DNA of 64,000 nucleotides from Eledone cirrhosa (Eukaryota): assembly GCA_964016885.1 (NCBI GenBank), contig OZ024760.1, positions 8,742,001-8,806,000 on the forward strand. Direction: 5' to 3'. The first letter of the stretch is position 1. Every line of letters starts with the position of its first letter. The notes below the pieces were generated by a model. It saw nothing but the letters and a program-made list of their open reading frames with translations. It was not told the origin of the DNA and ran no database searches. Position numbers and translations under genes: made by a program. This document shows, one piece after another, positions 53,513 to 64,000 of this stretch.

Positions 53513-54205
53513 AGAGTGTTGAAGTTTGCTTGAAGCATTGTGGAATAATAAAATTGGTCGTGTTGGAAGCCTCAACAATGCAGAAGGGTAAATCCCCAAG
53601 CAACAGAATCAGGTGGTGACGAGAGAGATGTAAGAGGAAATGTAGAGTGAGACGTAAGAGGAAATGTAGTGAGAGATGCAAGAGGAAATGTAGAGAGAGA
53701 TGTAAGAGGAAATGTAGAGTGAGACGTGTAGGGCGTAAAGGAACGTAGGAAAGAGCGTAAAAATAATTGTTTCTACTTTTGGCACAAGGCCAGCAATTGC
53801 ACCAGTGCATTACTGGTACTTTATTTTATCGACCCCCGTAAGGGTGAAAGGCAAAGTTAACCTCGGCGGGATTTGAACTCAGACCATAAAGGGCCGTAAC
53901 TCTTTGCTGCAAAGCATGGCGCCCGACCCTAATGGTGTCTTATATAGGCACAAGGCCAGTAATTTTTTTTTTTTGGGGGGGGGGGAAGTCGATTAAATCG
54001 ACCATAGTGTGTGACTGGTATTTTATTTTATCGACTCCGTAAGGACGAAAGGCAGTAATAGTAATAATTGTTTCTGCCGATACTGCCTAACACGAGATAG
54101 AGTTACCTTGGAGGTGATTTAATTGTCTCTATATTTCGGATTTCGCATCCATCAACTGGGGGAAAGTTTTTAGTCGGAGAGGGACAACACGTGGCCTCTG
54201 TTGTC
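53508..54205. mobile_element. Family E element interrupted by S1 SINEs (53762-53930, 53932-54054, minus strand)
   Basis: Collinear with 17172-17540 once the SINE block is removed. Confidence 0.8.
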
Positions 54206-54214
54206 TGTATATAT

Positions 54215-54378
54215 TTGACAGGGAGATCCGAGTTCGGATCTACGGTAGCTGTCGAAACGGCCGGAGCTCAGCCGTCAGGCTGCTGACTCTTCTTATTACA
54301 CACTCTGCTACCCTAAGTATTGAGTACTCTTGTGCGTTATGGTCCACCAGGTATCTTACCACACCCTCTTTGTTATGT
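54215..54378 (+). mobile_element. Family A element
   Basis: GCTGTCGAAACGGCCGGAGCTCAGCCGTC plus constant tail. Confidence 0.8.
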
Positions 54379-54421
54379 GTACGTACACACACACGTACAC
54401 ACACAACCACAACAAATTTAA

Positions 54422-54532
54422 TATAGAAATGGCTCCTACAGGACTAGAACTGCTGCATTCGAAGGAAATCAAGAAAACCTGATGACTAACTTCGAATGAA
54501 ACAGTTCTAGTCCTGTATGAGCCATTTCTATA
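54422..54532. ncRNA. Family D fold-back with HHR core on + (CTGATGA 54479, GAAA 54498)
   Basis: TATAGAAATGGCTCCTACAGGACTAGAACTG / CAGTTCTAGTCCTGTATGAGCCATTTCTATA. Confidence 0.62.
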
Positions 54533-54717
54533 TGACGAGGACAACATAGAATTGAGCCATGCGTGGCTGTAGAGCTAAACAATAATAGCCGAGGTAGAAA
54601 GTACATTGGTTAGTCCTAAATACAATTGTCATGAGAAGACATTGTGGTCATGCGTAAAACACCCAAGACCAAAGGTTAATGAAATGAATGCTGACCGAGG
54701 AGTGACCCACAATGTCA

Positions 54718-57700
54718 TAACTACTACCACGTCTACTACTACCACCAATACTACTACCAACACCACGTCTACTACTACCACCAATACTACTACCAACACC
54801 ACGTCTACTACTACCACCAATACTACTACCAACACCACGTCTACTTCCACCACCAATACTACTACCAACACCAATACTACTACCAACACCAATACTACTA
54901 CCAACATCACGTCTACTTCCACCACCAATACTACTTCCACCACCAATACTACTACCAACACCACGTCTACTTCCACCACCAATACTACTACCAACACCAC
55001 GTCTACTTCCACCACCAATACTACTACCAACACCACGTCTACTTCCACCACCAATACTACTACCACCACGTCTACTTCCACCACCACGTCTACTTCCACC
55101 ACCAATAATACTACCACCACCACGTCTACTTCCACCACCAATACTACTACCAACACCACGTCTACTACTACTATTACTTCCACCACTACCACTACTCCCA
55201 CCACCACCACTACTCCCACAAATACTAGTACTAACGCCGTTACTATCGCCACCAACATCACCAACAACCGCCGTACTACTGCCAACACCACCAGAACTAC
55301 TACCAACACTAGTACCAAGACCACCACTTGCACCAACATCACCAGTACTACTAGCAACACCACTAGTACCAACACCAACACCATTACAACCACCACCACC
55401 AACACCACTACCACCAACACCACCAGTACTACTAGCAACACCACTACAACCAGCACCACCAGTACTACTACCAACACCACTACAACCACCACCACTAGCA
55501 CCAACAACACCAGTACTACTACCAACACCACTACAACCACCACCACTAGCACCAACACCACAGTACTACTACCAACACCACTACAACCACCACCACTAGC
55601 ACCAACCCCACCAGTACTACTACCAACACCACCACTAGCACCAACACCACCAGTACTACTACCAACACCACTACAACCACCACCACTAGCACCACCCCAC
55701 CAGTACTACTACCAACACCACCAGTACTACTACCAACACCACTACAACCACCACCACCAACACCACTACAACCACCACCACTAGCACCAACACCACCAGT
55801 ACTACTACCAACACCACTACAACCACCACCCCCACCAGTACTACTACCAACACCACCACTAGCACCAACAACACCAGTACTACTACCAACACCACTACAA
55901 CCACCACCACTAGCACCAACACCACCAGTACTACTACCAACACCACTACAACCACCACCACTAGCACCAACCCCACCAGTACTACTACCAACACCACTAC
56001 AACCACCACCACTAGCACCAACACCACCAGTACTACTACCAACACCACTACAACCACCACCACTAGCACCAACCCCACCAGTACTACTACCAACACCACT
56101 ACAACCACCACCACTAGCACCAACCCCACCAGTACTACTACCAACACCACTACAACCACACCACTAGCACCAACACCACCAGTACTACTTCCAACACCAC
56201 TACAACCACCGCCACCAGTACTACTTCCAACACCACTACAACCACCACCACCAGTACTACTACCAACACCACTACAACCACCACCACCACAGTACTACTA
56301 CCAACACCACTACAACCACCACCACCACAGTACTACTACCAACACCACTACAACCACCACCACTAGCACCAACACCACCTGTACTACTACCAACACCACT
56401 ACAACCACCACCACTAGCACCAACACACCAGTTACTACCAACACCACTACAACCACCACCACTACAACCACCACCACTACAACCACCACCACCAACACCA
56501 CAGTACTACTACCAACACCACTACAACCACCGCCACTAGCACCAACACCACCAGTACTACTACCAACACCACTACAACCACACCACCAGTACTACTACCA
56601 ACACCACTAGCACCAACACCACAGTACTACTACCAACACCACTACAACCACCACCACTAGCACCAACACCACCAGTACTAATACCAACACCACTACAACC
56701 ACCACCACTAGCACCAACACCACAGTACTACTACCAACACCACTACAACCACCACCACTAACACCAACACCACAGTACTACTACCAACACCACTACAACC
56801 ACCGCCACTAGCACCAACACCACCAGTACTACTACCAACACCACTACAACCACCACCACTAGCACCAACACCACCAGTACTACTACCAACACCACTACAA
56901 CCACCACCACTGAGCACCAACACCACCAGTACTAATACCAACACCACTACAACCACCACCACTAGCACCAACACCACCAGTACTACTACCAACACCACTA
57001 CAACCACCACCACCAGTACTAATACCAACACCACTACAACCACCACCACTAGCACCAACACCACCAGTACTACTACCAACACCACTACAACCACCACCAC
57101 TAGCACCAACACCACCAGTACTACTACCAACACCACTACAACCACCACCACCAGTACTAATACCAACACCACTACAACCACCACCACTAGCACCAACACC
57201 ACCAGTACTACTACCAACACCACTACAACCACCGCCACTAGCACCAACACCACCAGTACTACTACCAACACCACTACAACCACCACCACCAGTACTACTA
57301 CCAACACCACTACAACCACCACCACTAGCACCAACACCACCAGTACTACTACCAACACCACTACAACCACCACCACTAGCACCAACACCACAGTACTACC
57401 AACACCACTACAACCACCGCCACTAGCACCAACACCACCAGTACTACTACCAACACCACTACAACCACCACCACTAGCACCAACACCACCAGTACTACTA
57501 CCAACACCACTAGCACAACACCACAGTACTACTACCAACACCACTACAACCACCACCACTAGCACCAACACCACAGTACTACTACCAACACCACTACAAC
57601 CACCACCACTAGCACCAACACCACCAGTACTACTACCAACACCACTACAACCACCACCACTAGCACCAACACCACTAGCACCAACACCACAGTACTACCA

Positions 57701-58212
57701 ACACCACTACAACCACCGCCACTAGCACCAACACCACCAGTACTACTACCAACACCACTACAACCACCACCACTAGCACCAACACCACCAGTACTACTAC
57801 CACCACCACTACAACCACCGCCACTAGCACCAACACCACCAGTACTACAACCAACACCACTACAACCACCACCACCAGTACTACTACCAACACCACTACA
57901 ACCACCGCCACTAGCATCAACACCACCAGTACTACCATCAACACCACCAGTACTACTAGCAACACCACTACCACAACTACACCACTAGTACTACTACCAC
58001 TATCCCCACAGTACTACCACCAGCACTACACCACCAAAACCATTACCACACCAACACGAACACCATCAAGACCACCCCCTACCCTTAGTACTGTTACCCC
58101 CACCCCACTAGTAGTACCACTACCATCCGCACCAGTGCTACCCCACGCCACTAGTACCACCCCCACTACCACCCACCCCACCCCCACCACACCACTAGTA
58201 CCACCACCACCA
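54718..58212. repeat. 3.5-kb ACC/ACT/AAC-derived satellite evolving into a ~54-bp unit (CCAGTACTACTACCAACACCACTACAACCACCACCACTAGCACCAACACCA)
   Basis: Direct periodicity; frequent 1-2-bp indels. Confidence 0.93.
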
Positions 58213-58569
58213 CAGGTACAAAGTCCATTCTGCAGTCCACTATTAACCTTGTTTCTCTGTAAATTGTATTCTTATTGTATTTTATATTGGGGGCAGGGCT
58301 GGTAACTATAGCAACGTAACTATAGAAACAGAAATATTTTATATTGGGGGTAGGGCCGGTAACTATAGCAACCTCACTATAGAAACACAAATATTTTAGT
58401 GAAAGACAGCAATACATCTATTATTTTCATATATATATATATATATATATATAACTTTTCACACACACACATATATATAACGTTTGACACACACACACAC
58501 GTACGTAAATGCATTGAGAGAGAGAGAGAAAGAGAGAAAGAGAGAAAGAGAGAAAGAGAGAAGAGAGAA

Positions 58570-58616
<47 letters not shown>

Positions 58617-58689
58617 AAGAGAGAGAGAGAAAGAGAGAGAGAGAGAAGCAAGCTGCTCAGTGTTACTAGAAACGTTGACATCAATGGTG

Positions 58690-59940
58690 ATGGGGATATG
58701 ATATATTTTTCAAAACAGGAGAGCGACCGGGACTTAAAATCCATATTAACATACGAGACCCAGATAATAACACTGTAGCAACATCTTCAACGAAAGAAAA
58801 AGGTCAGCAGCCATCTTGCCCAGATTTATGAGCATGAAAATAATAATATTGTTAAGATTAGCAACTGATCTAGAGGAGAGACATGAAATAAAACCTGATA
58901 CAAACCCCTCTCACAGCAATTTCGGAAGACTCTACTACTCAATGCTCGAATATAGTTAAAAAATGGACCAGTTAAGAGAAGGTTGTACATGGGTACTTTA
59001 GACGAAAACCACAAAGCATAGAGGGGATAAACCATTCTAAGACTTGACATGGAGTTCTGATAAGTTCATAACATCCACCTTGAAGGATACCCCATACAAC
59101 ACATGAACAAGAAATCCTCACCAAGTACCTACCGCACTAAAGAGGAATGTCATCAGTTGACAATAAATATAGGCTGGGCAAAACAAATATTGAAGATGTT
59201 AGCCACATTATTGTCAACTGTGAAAGAATGTCATCTCGTTACTACCTTCCCATGAGACATGGTGTGGTAGCTAGAGAGATGTGGAATGCAACACGGAAGA
59301 CAAAAATCAAATAGGAAGGAATATGTTGAGACTGATGGCTCAAATGAATATTGGTGGAACCTAAAAGTAAAAACTGCCACCAAATTCAAACCCAACCGAC
59401 CTGATATTGTTGTTGGGGACCACACATTAAAACATGCTCTGTTGTAGGAGTCAGCTGCCCGTTTGATGTAAATATAGTAAATAGATAGAAGAGAATGGCG
59501 ATATTTATAGACCATTAATGAGGTGTTTAAAGAGCCAGTAACAAAGATACACGTTCAGCTTCGTACCAATTATTATTGGAGCTACAGGTTATATAGCAAC
59601 CAACTTGGACCAGAGTATGACTGGACTTGTGAAGAAAGAACATAGCCCCTTAACCCTTTAGCATTTACATTATACTAGTACATATACTATTGTATGTTTG
59701 TGGTAAAAGCTTTATCTTACATAATTATCTCACATAGTATCGAATCAACGAGATTTTGATGTTATTCATTTTGAGAACAATGCCTTATCAGTATGAGCGA
59801 CCGGTTATGGCCAGTTTGAACAGAAAACGGTGAGAGAATTCTTGCCGGATATTGCCGGTTTAAATGCTAAAGGGTTAATTCATAAGCTATAAATGGTCGC
59901 GATATCTGGAACCTTCAAAATCTGTATAACATTTTTACAT
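58690..59940 (+). mobile_element. Decayed RLE-type (R2/R4/NeSL group) non-LTR retrotransposon, 3' part
   Basis: HEQEILTKYL; DNKYRLGKTNIEDVSHIIVNCERMSSRYYLPMRH (degenerate CCHC knuckle and RHD); NRPDIVV; VSCPFDVNI; FVPIIIGATGYI; C-terminus resumes after the MITE. Confidence 0.88.
59654..59874. mobile_element. piggyBac-type MITE
   Basis: 14-bp perfect TIRs CCCTTTAGCATTTA / TAAATGCTAAAGGG flanked by TTAA on both sides. Confidence 0.88.
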
Positions 59941-60205
59941 AGAATGAACGAAGGAGACGACATTTTCCTTTCCTTTCACCGAGAAGGGGGACGATCAAAA
60001 ATAAATTCAAAATTAAGAGAATGAATCTACACACACGTTTTCTTTATTAAACTGTTAAACCTCTTAGATTTCTTTGATTTTTTTATCCGCTTTACCATAA
60101 TCTAATTGGGTATCGTCGCTCCTCCAAGACTATATCATTATGACGTAGTTCTGATACAGATTTTTGCACTTATTATTGAGCAGTTCTCTGGACAACAAGA
60201 TTGAA

Positions 60206-60391
60206 ATAATTGTTTCTACTTTTGGCACAAGGCCAGCAATTACTCAGTGTATTACTGGTACTTTATTTTATCGACCCCGTAAGGATGAAAGGCAAAGTTA
60301 ACTTCAGCGAGATTTGAACTCAGAATGGCAAGGGCCGTAACTCTACGCGTCAAAGCATGGCGTCCGACCCTCTACCGATACTGCCAATCCA
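60206..60391 (-). mobile_element. Full-length SINE S1
   Basis: S1 consensus match. Confidence 0.92.
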
Positions 60392-60504
60392 AATGGCGAT
60401 GCATCTATGATAGCATTGTATCGATCTAAATTACTATTATATATATTCACACACACAAACACACACACACACACACACATACATACACACACACATATAT
60501 ATAT

Positions 60505-60696
60505 AGAGAAAGAAAAGTCAAAGAATTTGCAAGGATCAAAACAAGTTTATTCTACGTACGCTTCATTTACGTAAAACATGTAATCAATAATTTTAATTAA
60601 TTAATTAATCGAAATTAGCAATTACATATTTGTCTTTAATGAAACGTATGCCGAATATGAAATGTTTTCATCCCTGCAAACTCTTCGCTTTTCCTT

Positions 60697-60708
<12 letters not shown>
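60505..60708. repeat. Diverged ~200-bp palindrome between TA tracts
   Basis: AGAGAAAGAAAAG..TTTGCAAGGAT.AAAACA / TGTTTTCATCCCTGCAAA..CTTTTCCTTTCTCT. Confidence 0.7.
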
Positions 60709-60753
<45 letters not shown>

Positions 60754-61053
60754 TGTTCAGTAATGTCGCGAACTTTTGGATATTTCCTCCTATATTTTAC
60801 ATCGGATTTATTTGATCTTTAAGATTAATAATCTTAACATCACATTGAGCTTTCAATCATCTTGTTTAGTGAAAACTAAGTGGGTATCTTCCTTTATTAA
60901 TCTTTTTACACACACACATATTGTACATTTATTTATATAACGCCAGCATCAACAGTTTTCCAAGAGATATCAACATAAAAGTACCTGTTATTTTTATCTA
61001 AAGACATTTTTTTTTCCAATTCCACCCCGCCTGTCCCTTAAATCTATCTTATT

Positions 61054-61089
61054 TCTTCTGATGAATGACTAGCGTCCGAAACGTTAAGA
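61054..61089 (+). ncRNA. Minimal HHR, family C
   Basis: TCTT CTGATGA atGACtagcGTCc GAA ACGT T AAGA. Confidence 0.72.
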
Positions 61090-61299
61090 CCCCCCTTCCT
61101 GCTATATCAAGCGTTAACCTAATATATTCCTTCCATATACTGTACCAATTGTGTTGTTATTTCTGTTTATTGAGAGAGAAATAGAGAGAGAGAGAGGCGG
61201 TCCCCAAGTCAAATTTTCATTTTCCTTTTCATGTTGATATTCTCTCTTCCTCTACGAAGGGCATGGGTTCGACGTAACCCTGTTTTTGTAATTTTGTAG

Positions 61300-61380
61300 A
61301 AATTGCCTGATGAGACTGTCCTGTCTTGCATCATAACTGGGGGTGATGGAGCTGGGCCATTGAAACATGTATAGTGATTT
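61300..61380 (+). ncRNA. HHR, palindrome class (stem II base degenerate)
   Basis: AAATTGC CTGATGA ... GAA ACATGTAT A GTGATTT. Confidence 0.62.
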
Positions 61381-61431
61381 CACGGAATTAAAATTTACAA
61401 CATATCTCGCAGTACGCCCTTCTGTGTTGTG

Positions 61432-61464
<33 letters not shown>

Positions 61465-61468
<4 letters not shown>

Positions 61469-61600
61469 GAGTAGGACCCCGACGGCTTGAGCTCAGCCGT
61501 CGGGGACCTACTCGTTCCTATTACCCACTCTACTACCCTAAGTATTGAGTACTTTGGTGCGTTATGGTCCACCTGGTTCCTTACCACATTTCCTTCGTTA
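61465..61600 (+). mobile_element. Family A element with the shortest fold-back
   Basis: AACGAGTAGGACCCCGACGGCT..AGCCGTCGGGGACCTACTCGTT plus tail, between (TA)n tracts. Confidence 0.85.
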
Positions 61601-61834
61601 TATATATATATATTCATTTAAATTATTGATTTATTGATATTTTATTTGAGTGACCCGAATCTTCCTGGTGGTTCTTTTTCGGCTGCACGGGTGATTTTAG
61701 GCATAATCTCTATGTGTTGGTAATTTAACGATAGTTATAGCTCTGATTTATCCAAATTATTGAGCCCTCTGCCACTCATATCGGATGTTGTTTATCGTTA
61801 ATTCGTGAGCTGATTTTCCGATACTCGATTATTC

Positions 61835-61871
<37 letters not shown>

Positions 61872-62172
61872 GTATGAATCGAAGTTGTAGCCACAATATA
61901 ACAGGTACTAATCGAATTTTTTGAGGCAAACACAAAGCACTCAATGGAGTGAGAAGTTATTACATTATCGTCCAGAGTAAACACAAAAATACAAATAGTA
62001 AGACTCCAAGAAAAATGACCGAAGACAGTGGCCATACTTATACCACAGCAACTATATATATATATATATATGCCACCAATTCTTTGAGAAAACAACACCA
62101 TACTTCGTGACTTTAAAAGATCGAAGTAACAGAAGTAAACTTTCCATCTTTGTTTTCTCTGTTCAAATTCTA

Positions 62173-62231
62173 GCTGCCTGATGAGGTCATAGCTGTTGAA
62201 CAATGGTTATCACCGAAATATATATAACAGC
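62173..62231 (+). ncRNA. Type I HHR, C-C/palindrome class
   Basis: GCTGC CTGATGA ggt-C-atagctgtt..aatggttat-C-acc GAA ATATATAT A ACAGC; AATAAA downstream. Confidence 0.75.
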
Positions 62232-62669
62232 AAATATGAATAAACAAAGTTAATTTTAACTTTGTGACTTACACTTCTTACACCTCTCTCTCCCTCTCTA
62301 TATATATATACTACACCACACCACACCCTACCCTATCATACACTGTAATATGAGCGTTCTTTATGTTTTAAACACAAATATAGACACAACATGGACGTAT
62401 AGTTATGTGGTTTAGTTGAGCAAGTGTCATTTAGCACGGCCTCGAGACAACCAATGTCATGTCAGTGAAATTGGTTAGACGGTAACTACGTAGATGACCG
62501 TTTCATTGGCTGTATCTGTACTTCAAAGGACCAGCTTGGTTTCACACTATATCACGCTGAATCTCTCAGAATTATGTTAAGGGTACACGCCTTACTTTTG
62601 TTACTCTGGAGTTTCGCCTGCTTCTCTCAGGGCCATCATAAAATAAAAGGTAAGAGAAAAATGTAATAT

Positions 62670-62708
62670 ACCGAACGTTTCGGACGCTAGTCTTTCGTCA
62701 GACGAAAG
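62670..62708 (-). ncRNA. Minimal HHR core, family C
   Basis: Minus strand CTGACGA aaGACtagcGTCc GAA ACGT T; stem I poorly paired. Confidence 0.55.
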
Positions 62709-63044
62709 AGAACAGATGAGAGGATGTTTGCGAGAAAGAAGAAGAAGAAAGAAGGAAGACGAAAGTAAAAGAAAAACGAAAATAGGGATAGAAAGAATGA
62801 CGGTGTTGTTGTCGCTGTCATATACATACAGACATATAGTCATACACACACACACACCAATGTGTATATATATATATATATATACATACATACATACCTA
62901 TATATACTCATACAGACACACCTATGTATTAATGTATATATACATTATATACAGACACACACCTATGTGTATATATATGCATACATATCTACATACACAT
63001 ATATATACATACAGACGTATGTATATATATACACACACACACAC

Positions 63045-63681
<637 letters not shown>

Positions 63682-64000
63682 ATAAACTAGTAACTTTACC
63701 TTCCTACCTACCTATCTACCTATATAGGACAGGCTGAATGACCTTTTTGTTAGCCACTATGTGGGAGAGGGAGGGGGAGGGAGAGGGAGAGGGAGAGGGA
63801 GGGGGAGGGAGGGGGAGGGAGTGGGAGAGGGAGGGGGAGGGGGGGACACTACCTCAAAATTCTTTATATTCCAAGGTTTTCGTTATTGGTGACAAGACGT
63901 AAATTATACTAAAACTGGAAAGCTAGTTTAACTAGCTGCAACAGGGTGAAGTGTGTCTGTTAAAAAACAGCCAAGTACCAGGTGGTGGAGTGTCAGATGA

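Noticed and set aside
54606-55784. 392-aa Thr/Asn/Ser-rich mucin-like ORF
   Set aside because: Translation of an ACC/ACT satellite; the frame is broken by 1-2-bp indels and the repeat continues out of frame; no signal peptide or domain

Overview
Repeat-saturated eukaryotic DNA with no intact multi-exon gene that I can recognise. Almost every ORF in the track is a microsatellite or minisatellite translation. The SINE content (tRNA-headed ~185-bp family, about 20 copies) and extreme microsatellite load point to an octopod cephalopod (inference). The window holds decayed LINE fragments (CR1-group, Tx1/L1, RTE, R4/Dong and another RLE-type), a mariner transposase fragment, hAT and piggyBac MITEs with TSDs, non-autonomous Helitrons, and about ten locus-specific minisatellites. 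The main signal is more than 20 hammerhead-ribozyme (HHR) motifs in short non-coding elements. These elements mostly abut (TA)n tracts and often carry fold-back copies of themselves. About ten of the HHRs, from sequence-divergent families, share one architecture: CUGANGA, a 3-bp stem II base, a nearly invariant C-C mismatch, a variable distal stem II, GAA, a covarying palindromic 8-mer as stem III, an NUA cleavage site, stem I, and usually AAUAAA just downstream. They are best read as non-autonomous Penelope-like (PLE) or retrozyme-like mini-retroelements with probably dimer-cleaving ribozymes. All structures were paired by eye; no folding or database search was run.
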